The position numbers and the translations under genes are program-made. Positions 1 through 9,169 of a DNA stretch of 64,000 nucleotides are shown here, piece by piece. This DNA is from Candidatus Latescibacterota bacterium (lineage in GTDB: Bacteria; Latescibacterota; UBA2968; GCA-2709665). Positions within the stretch are counted from its first letter, which is position 1, and each line of letters starts with the position of its first letter. The notes under the pieces are model-generated. The model was given only the letters and a program-made list of their open reading frames with translations. It was not told the DNA's origin and made no database searches. The DNA lies in NCBI GenBank assembly GCA_965226795.1, contig CBDDDZ010000004.1:448001-512000 (forward strand). Reading direction: 5' to 3'.

Positions 1-1
1 C

Positions 2-718
2 CACTTTATCTTCCAGAGGGCCGTGGAGGGATGGGCCGCCACGGGTACGCCGCTGGCCTATTACGGTTATAACCCCCACAGTTCGTTTGCCCACGCCCCC
101 TTTTCGGCGGGCCGGAGGTTTCACAGCGATATCAGATGGCTGCACAGGCACGGCTTCGTGGGCGCCGAGTTTCAGGGTGAGGGGACGCTGTGGGGATTCT
201 ATGGGCTGAACCACGTCGTGCAAGCCCGGACGATGTGGGACGTCGACGTGGATTTCGACGGACTTCAGAAGGACTATTTCCGCTGTCTGTTCGGCGCCGC
301 GGCCGAACCCGTGAAGGCGCTGCACGAGGCGTTCGAGCGGGCGGTGGTGGAACACGAACCCATGATGAAGGGCCTCGGCGCATTTCTTTCGCCGGAGGTG
401 ATCGCCAGGGGAAGAGATCTGATTCGCGAGGGTCGCGACGCGGAGACGTCTGATGACGTCCAGGGCCGCCTGAACGTCCTGGCCGCCCAGGTTGAATATG
501 GGGACCGGCTGATGGGCGCCAGACGAACCGCGGAGACGTACCACCTGACTCGGGAAAGGGACCATTTGAAGCGGCTGGTCCGCGAACGGGACGCGATTAT
601 AAGCTACATCGAAGCGAATCCCGTGGACGGCGCCTATCACCTGGGCGGTATCGGAGGGGAACGAGGCAATATAAACGGGTTCCTGCAGGGGCATCTGTGG
701 GGAATCGACAAGATTTGA
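2..718 (+). CDS. 5'-truncated hypothetical protein, DUF4838/glycoside-hydrolase-like C-terminal part
   Basis: Frame is open from base 2 to TGA at 716-718. W-G-x-Y-G-L-N-H...W-D-V-D...D-Y-F-x-x-L-F-G-A-A-A pattern resembles DUF4838-type proteins. Confidence 0.5.
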   Translation, partial: HFIFQRAVEGWAATGTPLAYYGYNPHSSFAHAPFSAGRRFHSDIRWLHRHGFVGAEFQGEGTLWGFYGLNHVVQARTMWDVDVDFDGLQKDYFRCLFGAAAEPVKALHEAFERAVVEHEPMMKGLGAFLSPEVIARGRDLIREGRDAETSDDVQGRLNVLAAQVEYGDRLMGARRTAETYHLTRERDHLKRLVRERDAIISYIEANPVDGAYHLGGIGGERGNINGFLQGHLWGIDKI

Positions 719-764
719 GCAGCCTGATAGGCTGTGATGTAAACATCGAACGAGAGCTTGTAAG

Positions 765-951
765 GGTGGAGCGGACATTCTTGTCTGCTCACATACATCA
801 AACCGGAACCTCGGAATCCTGCGTCCCGGCACGCCACGACCCGCCGCCGTCTCCCCCACTGGCAAGACGACGGCGCTATCTATCGGATTACTTCTGTCTG
901 CATTCCGGCAGAAGGACGATTAGAAGGGCAGACAGGAATGTCTACCCCACC
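765..951. repeat. REP-bounded MITE/REPIN-like element, copy 1
   Basis: GGTGGAGCGGACATTCTTGTCTGCTC (765-790) and GGGCAGACAGGAATGTCTACCCCACC (926-951) are inverted repeats (21/26). The internal ~120 bp recurs at 21455-21573. Confidence 0.75.
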
Positions 952-1042
952 TTCACACACGCTTCCGTCACGTCTCGACAAGCCATTGTGCGGCGGTGGA
1001 GCTGATTGATTGGCGAATAAAGCAGCTAACCGTGACAATTCA

Positions 1043-3045
1043 GTAGAGTCGAGATGTGGCGCGGTGGTTTAGGAGGGGCCTATCTGTTTCCGCCCCTTTC
1101 GTCTGGCGGTGCCTCAATAGCCTCTCCGTGCTCTGTTTCCACATCCCGCTCATCGAACCGGACTTGCGGATTTCCCGCATCCGGCTCTCGGACTAAGGAT
1201 TCATGCGTTCGCCCACGGAAAGTTGCGTGTCTGCACTTCCAGCCGGGTCAGGCCCAGGGTATCGTAGAGGACCTCGTCAGGGAAGCGTGATGTTCCCTTT
1301 CCCGGTATCTTGTGCTTGTTACACAACCACCAGCGGAGCCGTTTCCGGGTGTGGGCATCCACACTCCGGTAGGCTTTGCTTACCGGTCCAAGACGGAAAT
1401 AGTTGCCCCAGCCGACCAGCTTTCGGTTCAGGTGGGCAATCCGTTCTTGAAGGTCTTTCAGCAACCACCGTCGCGCTGTGGCCTCGCTGATGGCCCGACA
1501 GATGTGCCGGATAGCCTTCTTTGACGGGCGCGTGCCGATGTAGGCCCTGCCCGTCTTTGGCGAGTAGCAGCGTGTGATGGTGTAACCCAGAAAGTCAAAT
1601 CGTCCTTCTGGAAGGGTGCATACGCTCGTCTTCGTCTCATTGATGGTCAACTTGAGCGCTTTCATGATGGATCGCATCGCTCGCATCGCTTCGGGCGCAC
1701 TGCCGCGGCAGCAGATCACATAATCGTCCGCGTAGTTGACAATATGAGCGTTCAGGCGCTGCTGATGTCCCAGAAGCTGCCATCCCAGAATGAACCGGCG
1801 CATATACAGGTTCGCCATCATCGGGGAGATGGGGGCGCCTTGTGGTATCCCCCTTCCCTGATCCTTGTTCGGCGTTGTTCGCCGTTTCCGTCCCCGCGCG
1901 TCGGTCTCTTCAACCGGGGCGGTCAGCCACATCTTGATCAGACTCAGCATCTTCCCGTCTGAGATGCGCCGCGCCACCGATTTCATCAGCTCGGCGTGAG
2001 GGATCGTGTCGAAGTAGCCGCTCAAGTCGGCGTCGATGACCTGCGTATGGCCCCTGTTCACCAGGGCGTGGACCGCCCTGATGGCGTCGTGCGCGCTCCG
2101 ATTCGGGCGGTAGGCATACTGCTGTGCTGGCAGGTCCGCTTCAAAGATTGGCTCCATTACCAACATCGCTGCCCTTTGCACCACCCGGTCCTTCACCGTC
2201 GGTATCCCCAGCGGTCTTTGCTTGCCGTCACCCTTGGGGATGCAGACCCGACGAATCGGATCCGCTCGATACGATTTGCTCCTCACGGCTTCCGCCAGTT
2301 CGCCTAACCACTGGTCCCGTCCGTATGACTCGATATCCTCAAAGGTCTGTCCGTCCACGCCCGCCGCACCGCCGTTGGCCTTGCAGCTGCGGTAGGCATA
2401 AAGCAGGATGTCCTCGCGATACACCTTGTCATACAGCGCATAGAATCGGTAATCGGGCGATTCCTTCGCTTTGGCATGCAACGTCCTCTGCAGCTTCCGA
2501 ACCTTTTCCGGAGGTCTTAGGCCCATGCCACTCTCCCGGCTCTCGCTCCTTTGACGTTGCCCTTGAACCAAGGCCCCTTCCCTCCACCGGCATTACCCGG
2601 CTTCACAGGTACTACGGGCCTCTCCGCCACCCCTCCCGGCCCGGCCCTCGCGGGTTGCCGGTTGGTGACCATCCACCACCGCTGGGGCTTCCCGCGTTGC
2701 GTCGGATCTCCTTGTATACATGCCGTCGCCATTACCCCGGCGGGACCGTTGGGTGCAAGCGTTGCTCCCTTCCCCAACGACGGCGGCCTTCCCCGAAATT
2801 CAGGCGGGTCGGCTCCCGCATTACCTTTTTCGAGGCCTGCTCAGCGTTCACTCACGTTACGGCCTGCATACTCGCCGAGTCGCCTTGCGACCCTCTACAC
2901 CGGAGGCTTCGGCGATTTCGTTTCCTACGTCACCGCTCCGATTGCTACCGACCTGCCTGCCGAGCATCCGGCGCAGGCAGGCTGCAGCAACATTTGTCGG
3001 GTGGGACTCTCACCCACTGGAGTTCCGCGCCTTTTCACGGCGCAC
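1043..3045 (-). mobile_element. Group II intron (IIB-like ribozyme, RT without endonuclease domain)
   Basis: Minus strand begins GTGCG at 3045. Domain V GAGCCGGATGCGGGAAATCCGCAAGTCCGGTTC lies at ~1155-1187. Domain VI ends CTCGACTCTAC at 1043. EBS1 loop UGAAUU (2797-2802) is complementary to the 5' exon end AAUUCA. Confidence 0.93.
1201..2526 (-). CDS. ltrA: Group II intron reverse transcriptase/maturase
   Basis: AAGVDG, RPLGIPTVKDRVVQ, DADLSGYFDTI, GIPQGAPISP, YADD, FDFLG and maturase GWGNYF motifs; no C-terminal HNH. ATG 2526 preferred over 2571. Confidence 0.95.
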   Translation of the reverse strand: MGLRPPEKVRKLQRTLHAKAKESPDYRFYALYDKVYREDILLYAYRSCKANGGAAGVDGQTFEDIESYGRDQWLGELAEAVRSKSYRADPIRRVCIPKGDGKQRPLGIPTVKDRVVQRAAMLVMEPIFEADLPAQQYAYRPNRSAHDAIRAVHALVNRGHTQVIDADLSGYFDTIPHAELMKSVARRISDGKMLSLIKMWLTAPVEETDARGRKRRTTPNKDQGRGIPQGAPISPMMANLYMRRFILGWQLLGHQQRLNAHIVNYADDYVICCRGSAPEAMRAMRSIMKALKLTINETKTSVCTLPEGRFDFLGYTITRCYSPKTGRAYIGTRPSKKAIRHICRAISEATARRWLLKDLQERIAHLNRKLVGWGNYFRLGPVSKAYRSVDAHTRKRLRWWLCNKHKIPGKGTSRFPDEVLYDTLGLTRLEVQTRNFPWANA

Positions 3046-3059
3046 TGAATTGATCAGGT

Positions 3060-3128
3060 CAGGTGACGCCTGCCAGCCGCGCACTCACAAGCCGGTTCAG
3101 GCTCACGCCCTGTTCCGCCGCTTTTATC
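3060..3128 (-). pseudogene. HicB-like antitoxin C-terminal (RHH) remnant
   Basis: Minus strand reads IKAAEQGVSLNRLVSARLAGVT*, matching the typical HicB tail. No N-terminal part is present. Confidence 0.55.
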
Positions 3129-3150
3129 CCTCTGCAAAAAAGGTACCTGC

Positions 3151-4638
3151 ATGGAACAGCCGATACTGATTCTGCGCACGGGCGGCGATCCGTCGGAAGG
3201 CCTCTGTGCCGAGGTGCTCCGGTGCGAGGGTTTTCCCTGGCTTGAAGAGCGGCCCGCTGGCGAATTCGACGGTGTATCGCCGGGCGAAAGCGTGGTGATT
3301 CTGGCTGGATCGGGCGTCAGCCGAACCACCGCCGAGCGGCTGGCAGGGGCTGTTTCCGAGGGTGTCTCTCTGATCGCGACGGCGCCGGACCCGGCCCTCG
3401 CAGCCGCGTTAGGCGTCACCATCTCCGAGCCCTTTACGGATGCCCACCTGTCCGTCACCCGGTTGGAGGCCTGGGAACACGGGGAGGTGCCGCTGCTTTG
3501 TCCCGACGACACCGCGCGTCCCCTTCATGGGGGACAGGAAGTGGCGGCGCTGCGGACGGTTGACGGCGAGCAATGCGGACCGGGAATCGTGTCCGCCCGT
3601 TTGGGTGAGGGGACGGCCTGGATTTACGGATATGACCTTTGCCGAACCGTCGCCACGCTGCGTCACGGCACGGGAGACGTGCGCGAAAGGCCGGCGAAGG
3701 ATATGGGCCCGCTCACGGGGCCCCGGCATATTTACGGTTTCTTCGACCTTTCCGACAAGCTGCCCCGGGACGTGCCGGTATGCGACCTTCACCAGGATAT
3801 TCTCCGGACGCTTGTCCTGTCCGCGCTCTCCGATACCGTTCTTCCACGACTATGGCACTTTCCGGACGGCGCCCCGGCGCTCTGGTTCGTGAAAGGGGAC
3901 GGATGCGGAGAGTCCGGCGCCGACGTTGAGGTGGAAGTCGTGGAGGAATACGGCGCCTATCTGACCTTCAACCGGCCGCCCGTGAGCCAGTACAGCGGGG
4001 ACCTCATGAGAGATTGGCACGAACGCGGACACGGCATCACCATAGAAGCGAGCCTGGACGACGTCACCCGGCCCACCGTCGAGCACTCGGGCAAGATGCT
4101 CAGGCGGTCACGCACCGCGGAGGACCTGAACGATAACGCACTGCCCGATATTCGCGCCAACCTCGAGGCGCATCGTGACAGCTTTGTACGCGACACCGGC
4201 CTGGATATGGACACGATTTGCATCCACGGATGCCAGATCGCCAATTTCCACCCGAGCTACGTCGCCATGCCCCAGGACCATCCCCGGGCGTCCCGCCTGG
4301 CGCTGGAAATAGGTCTCGAGGGCGCCCGCTCGGCGGGATGCCGGTTCGAAAACCAGGAGCGGTGGTCCCGGTTCTCCAGGGCCCGGGCGGACGTGCGGCT
4401 TGTGGATCGGTGGAATGAGGGCGGGGCCGTTTTTCTGAAGATAGTCTCCCCCGGGGATCTGCATGGGCTCACGCTGCTGCTGCCCGATCCCGTTACCGGG
4501 GTCCGCGCCGCCGAGACGGGCGAGCCCTTGGAAATTCGCGACACCGTTCTCGAGGGGCGGAAACAGCGCCGGGTATGTCTGGATCTCGCCGCCGGTACGC
4601 CATACACACTGCGGATGTTGCATGCTGAAAAAAGTTGA
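3151..4638 (+). CDS. Hypothetical protein (GATase-like N-terminus plus polysaccharide-deacetylase-like barrel)
   Basis: 495-aa ORF; LPRLWHFPDG, GDG, W-x-E-R-G-H and NFHP motifs. Confidence 0.5.
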   Translation: MEQPILILRTGGDPSEGLCAEVLRCEGFPWLEERPAGEFDGVSPGESVVILAGSGVSRTTAERLAGAVSEGVSLIATAPDPALAAALGVTISEPFTDAHLSVTRLEAWEHGEVPLLCPDDTARPLHGGQEVAALRTVDGEQCGPGIVSARLGEGTAWIYGYDLCRTVATLRHGTGDVRERPAKDMGPLTGPRHIYGFFDLSDKLPRDVPVCDLHQDILRTLVLSALSDTVLPRLWHFPDGAPALWFVKGDGCGESGADVEVEVVEEYGAYLTFNRPPVSQYSGDLMRDWHERGHGITIEASLDDVTRPTVEHSGKMLRRSRTAEDLNDNALPDIRANLEAHRDSFVRDTGLDMDTICIHGCQIANFHPSYVAMPQDHPRASRLALEIGLEGARSAGCRFENQERWSRFSRARADVRLVDRWNEGGAVFLKIVSPGDLHGLTLLLPDPVTGVRAAETGEPLEIRDTVLEGRKQRRVCLDLAAGTPYTLRMLHAEKS

Positions 4639-4706
4639 ATGGACCGTGCGCGTGGATGCACGGCCGTCGAAACACCCATGAAAAGTTCAACCATAGGACG
4701 AATCCA

Positions 4707-5674
4707 ATGAACAGTCAGATGTGGGACCCCGTGCAGGAAGAGGTACGTCGAAAGCTCGGCGCCATTGTATTCTCGGATCATCCACACCAAATGGGAGACC
4801 AGGACTTTCCATTTCCGGCCCTGACCCTGGAGGAAAGACTCCGGTTCGAGTTGTTCGGCTATACGATCGTGGACGATCTGTTTACCGAAGGTGAGCTTGG
4901 ATCGATCGAGGCCGCGGCGAATACGGCCAGGGAAGAAATCCTCGCGTCCCTGGGCGACCGCCCGTTTCAGCGACCGCCTCCCCGAAGAAATACAACGACT
5001 TCAAAGAGGGTGCGATCTGGTGGGGGCATCGGACGGTATCGGAGTCGGGCGAACTTTATCTCCACCGCTTGATCATCGAGAGCGTACTTGGACTGGACCC
5101 GGCTTTTCTGAACGTCCTGTCGAAGCCCCGCTTACAGGGTATTGCCACGGAATTGCTCGGAGGGACATTCCGATTCCTGTCGCTCGCCGTGCGCTTCAAT
5201 CGGCGTTCCGACCACCCCGATCTCGGCTGGCATGGCGGCGTTGGCCGGTTCAAGGACCGTGTGGCTTACAAGAACGGCTGGTTTCACACGCCCATTCTCG
5301 GGATGATCATCTTCCTCACGGACATCGGGCCGGAAGACGGCGGAACGGGGTTCTTTGCCGGAAGCCACCATCTGGACCTGCCCTACGATACAATGAAACA
5401 GTACATCACGGACTGTCCGGATTCGGAATTTTTCCATCAGGTCGAGGGCAGGCGCGGTTCGGCGCTGTTTTTTGCCGATGGTCCGCTGATGCACCGGACC
5501 ATCCCGATTCAAAGCGATAGGGAACGCCTCATCATGCTCTCGCGCCTGGTCCATTCGGACTATGAAATCGGCCAGACGGAGCCGACCGGCAGCGTTGAGC
5601 ACGTGCCGCCCGATCTCATGCCCATGTTCTACGGACGCGCCTTCATGCCGAGGTATCGACCCGCGGGGCGATAG
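4707..5674 (+). pseudogene. Phytanoyl-CoA dioxygenase (PhyH) family, split by one frameshift near 4955-4975
   Basis: N-terminal FELFGYTIVDDLF lies in one frame. WHGG, FLTDIGPEDGGT..FAGSH and MHR motifs lie in the -1 frame, which is open from ~4960. Confidence 0.7.
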
Positions 5675-5809
5675 TTTCGATGACGGCAGATAAATCCCGC
5701 TTGCCGGCGTGGGTTGCGGTCGGACCGCCGTTGCCTGCGAACCAAACCGCGCGGGGAAAAAAACGCAGCGTCGAGGCATTTCACCCGACCTGGGTCACGG
5801 AGAAGATGG

Positions 5810-7825
5810 ATGAAACGGACGATTCGCAGGACAGCGTTGTTGAATCTGGAGAAGGTGAGTTATTCGCGCGACCACGTGGCGCGGGTCAGCCGAGAGGGAT
5901 TTACGGATATCGGCGTTGCGCTGAAAACAGGCGAAAGGAAATTCACCGGCCAGGGATTCGACTGGAAACAGGTGTGTCAATTTGGCGGGTGGGCATATGA
6001 ATTCGGCCTGGGGATGACCGTTTTTACCGGGTATATGAAGTACCGGGAGCCGCTTCTGCGGGACCATCCGGAACGGGCTATGGTGTGCGTCGGCGGCTCG
6101 GGGACCTCCCTCGACAGCGACAACCTCGTGCGAACGAAGTGGCTGTGCCCGTTTCGGCCGGAGAACAAGGCAGAATACCTCGATCTCTTGAGCAAAGTGA
6201 TCGGGCTGCCGGCACTGCGGGAGATCCACCTCAACGATGAGGCCGCCATCGGATTCGCGAACGGCGACATCGGTTGCTACTGCGACTATTGCGTTTCCGA
6301 ATACCAACGGGAATACGGGACACCGCCCCCTGCCGACTTCGACTGGGAGTCGGAGGCGTGGTGGGCCTGGATACAGCGCAGAATGGCGCGGTGGACCGAG
6401 GTCCATGCCTGGTTCCGTGCCCAAATCAAAAAAGAGCGCCCCGACGTCATGGTCGGCATTCAATATTCCCCGGTGGTCGTGTCTTTTAACGAGAATATCT
6501 GGCGGGCGGGGATCGATCTCTCGCAGGACGCCCTGGCTCAGGACGTGCTCTGTACGGATCCCTATCACCACAACCACACGTCGCATTTCACCTACCGGCC
6601 CGCGCGCCGGATCCTGACCGAGGCGACCCGGACGCTCGCCGGCGCCACGGTCGGGCGTTCGTTGAATATTTACCCGCAGGCATTCAGACCGCCCCTGGGC
6701 GGCCCGGAGTTGACCCGCCGCGACGGCTTCATGGCCGGCGCGGTTCCCTACGCGCTCGGCGCGGACAACATTACGCCGTATTCCAATGATCTGGCGCGTA
6801 TCATACCCGGTTTTCTGGACGGGTTCCACGAGGCGGGGAGGCTCATTCCCTATTTCGAGAAGACAAGACCCTATGCGTATGCCACTGTAATCAACCCCAC
6901 TCAGACGGAGGTATACGGGAATCCGGAAACCGGTTGGGGCCGGAAGGCGCTGGCGATCTGGCCCGACGTCATGAACCAGGTGGGGCTGCCGTGGCGCTGG
7001 TTTTTCGACGGTCGCCTCGCGGATGCCGGGGAGGCGCTGCAAGGGCCGTCGATCCTGCCGGATACCCACTGTCTGACAGGCGAGCAAAGGGCGGTACTGA
7101 AGGCGCATGTCGAATCTGGCAGGGGTTTGCTATGGGTGGGACGGACCCCGAACCGCGATTGGCCTGGATATGGGCCGTGTCCTCCGCCGGAAGGGGAAAC
7201 CACCGACGGCGCGGAGATGCGGCCCGTGCGAACGGACCATCCTTTTCTGGAGGGCATTTCGCTTCCCGTAATGCTGCAATCGGTGTTTTCCGAGCCGGCT
7301 ATCGACGGGGAGACGGTCGGCGAAATCGAGGGGAAACCGGCACTGGTCGTGAACGAGGAAAGCGGCGGGCGCCAGGTCTGGCTGGCGGGGGTTCCGGCGT
7401 TCAACTATCTGACGCCGGGAGATCACGGCGGTTTCCGGACGCCCACGCACGGTATACCGCTTCTGCGGAATATCCTGAAATGGCTTGCGAAAGATGAGCC
7501 GGTTGCCCGCCTCTGGCCGTACCCGCCGGAGAACGCCTACCGCGACCTGCGACCGTGGGACCGCCGTGACGTGCCCACGATGGAGTTGTTTCCGATGATC
7601 GGAGACGGCTGCCTGGTCTGTCTGATCTTCAACTACGTGGGCCTGGAGTACCGGACAAATCTGGTGATGCGTGCGCCGGAAGGCGCGGAGATCGCGTCCC
7701 TGGTCGATGTTTACGCGGGTACCGACGAGCTACCCTCTTCTCTGGTCCGCGGCCGGGAGGTCACGCTGCCAATCAGAATGTCGAATGAAACGGAGTTCCT
7801 GGCGGTGGAGATGACGTGGCGATAG
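5810..7825 (+). CDS. GH42/beta-galactosidase-like hydrolase with GATase-like trimerisation domain (paralog 1)
   Basis: CPF...NDEA...CYCxxC motif. RBS GGAG before ATG 5810. Similar to 49818 and 57936 ORFs. Confidence 0.7.
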   Translation: MKRTIRRTALLNLEKVSYSRDHVARVSREGFTDIGVALKTGERKFTGQGFDWKQVCQFGGWAYEFGLGMTVFTGYMKYREPLLRDHPERAMVCVGGSGTSLDSDNLVRTKWLCPFRPENKAEYLDLLSKVIGLPALREIHLNDEAAIGFANGDIGCYCDYCVSEYQREYGTPPPADFDWESEAWWAWIQRRMARWTEVHAWFRAQIKKERPDVMVGIQYSPVVVSFNENIWRAGIDLSQDALAQDVLCTDPYHHNHTSHFTYRPARRILTEATRTLAGATVGRSLNIYPQAFRPPLGGPELTRRDGFMAGAVPYALGADNITPYSNDLARIIPGFLDGFHEAGRLIPYFEKTRPYAYATVINPTQTEVYGNPETGWGRKALAIWPDVMNQVGLPWRWFFDGRLADAGEALQGPSILPDTHCLTGEQRAVLKAHVESGRGLLWVGRTPNRDWPGYGPCPPPEGETTDGAEMRPVRTDHPFLEGISLPVMLQSVFSEPAIDGETVGEIEGKPALVVNEESGGRQVWLAGVPAFNYLTPGDHGGFRTPTHGIPLLRNILKWLAKDEPVARLWPYPPENAYRDLRPWDRRDVPTMELFPMIGDGCLVCLIFNYVGLEYRTNLVMRAPEGAEIASLVDVYAGTDELPSSLVRGREVTLPIRMSNETEFLAVEMTWR

Positions 7826-7911
7826 CCTCCCTGGTCCGTGCCGCGCAGCGAGAATTGCCGGCGGCGACAAAATGTAATTTGTAGCGTGTTTTTAATCGGG
7901 GACGCGGTTTG

Positions 7912-9015
7912 ATGATCGAGGTCGTTGACAGCGGCATCCTTTCCCGGCAGCCGGGGCGCGGGGCGTACATGCCAGCCATCACCCCGCTGTCTGACGGGAG
8001 CCTGATCGCCTGCCAGCACGTGGGCGCACAGCTGGGTTCCCCTGACAACCATATCGAAGTCCTTCGCTCCACCGACGGGGCCGCGACCTGGGTGAACGAG
8101 GGCGGCATCCACGGTGGCGGACCCCCGGAAGATGGATGGACCTACAGGAGTCCCCATATCAGCGAAGCGCCCGGCAACAGGCTGGTGATGACCGCGACGC
8201 GCTTCGAAATGCGGTCCGGCAAGCTGTTCGATCCGAACTCGGAGGTGCTGCAGCGACCGGAGATGCTGTTGTTCTGGTCGGAAGACGCGGGGCGCACCTG
8301 GTCGGCGCCCCAGGTCGTCCACGTGGACCTGCCTCCCGAGAAATACACGTGTAACGGCGCCGGGGTGCTGCTTCAACTCGCTCCGGACCGGTGGATGTAC
8401 CCCGTGGAGACCTGGAAGCCGGAGGGGTTTGCGGGACCGCCCGATCAGAAGGCGGCGGCGGTGTTTTCGTCGGACCAGGGACGAACGTGGGGGGCGTTTA
8501 CCGTGGTGGCCGACGACCCTTCGGGGGCGTTGCTCTGGTGGGACCAGATGTGTACGTTGCTGCCGGACGGGAGAATCTATACGATGCTCTGGACCCACCG
8601 TTACGGTACCTCCGAGGACCTGCTCAACCACTGGACCGTCTCCGATGACGGCGGGCGCACGTGGTCGAATCCCCGGCCCACCAACCTGCGCGGACAGGTC
8701 TGCACGCCCATCGCGCTGGCCGACGGACGGGTGGCGGCCATCTATAATTTCCGCCACGACCCGCAGGGCATCCGCGTGGCCCTCAGCGACGATTTGGAAA
8801 CATTTGACGTGGAGGGCCAGGTCGTGGTCTTTGACGCGGGGGCGGAGGCAACCCTGGGGGAACCTGAAACGGACAATTTTCTGGCCGAACACATGCAGAT
8901 CGCTTTCGGCAAGCCTGGTGGAATCCGCCTGGCCGACGGGAATCTGATGACGTATTTCTGGTGTACGGTCGGAGGCGTCACGCACACGCGCTGGGCACGG
9001 CTCAGGGTCAATTAG
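7912..9015 (+). CDS. Sialidase/BNR (Asp-box) repeat protein
   Basis: Asp-boxes STDGAATW, SEDAGRTW, SSDQGRTW, SDDGGRTW. Confidence 0.85.
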   Translation: MIEVVDSGILSRQPGRGAYMPAITPLSDGSLIACQHVGAQLGSPDNHIEVLRSTDGAATWVNEGGIHGGGPPEDGWTYRSPHISEAPGNRLVMTATRFEMRSGKLFDPNSEVLQRPEMLLFWSEDAGRTWSAPQVVHVDLPPEKYTCNGAGVLLQLAPDRWMYPVETWKPEGFAGPPDQKAAAVFSSDQGRTWGAFTVVADDPSGALLWWDQMCTLLPDGRIYTMLWTHRYGTSEDLLNHWTVSDDGGRTWSNPRPTNLRGQVCTPIALADGRVAAIYNFRHDPQGIRVALSDDLETFDVEGQVVVFDAGAEATLGEPETDNFLAEHMQIAFGKPGGIRLADGNLMTYFWCTVGGVTHTRWARLRVN

Positions 9016-9060
9016 GGGTTTACGCACCTCGGTCTTCGCCCACGTTTCGCTACCCTTCGC

Positions 9061-9082
9061 CGACCCTTCGACAGGCTCAGGG
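9061..9082. repeat. REP-like short repeat
   Basis: CGACCCTTCGACAGGCTCAGGG, 21/22 identical to 47243-47264. Confidence 0.6.
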
Positions 9083-9169
9083 CGCCGGCTCAGGAAGCGG
9101 CTCGGGATCCTGGCAATAATTCCACGCGAAATCCGCGCTTGAGACAACTGAATACGGGAGATTGAGAAT

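Noticed and set aside
1020..1045. attC site / integron (GCTAAC near the intron end)
   Set aside because: No matching inverse core or attC stem after removing the intron; no integrase; domain V is not IIC-like.
1201..2571. Retron, DGR or defence-associated RT
   Set aside because: Full group II intron boundaries, DV/DVI and a maturase domain are present; there is no VTG motif or TR/VR pair.
4225..4255. Internal deletion in the 3151 ORF (HGCQ|IANFHP)
   Set aside because: Suspected only from memory of similar proteins; cannot be supported without an alignment.
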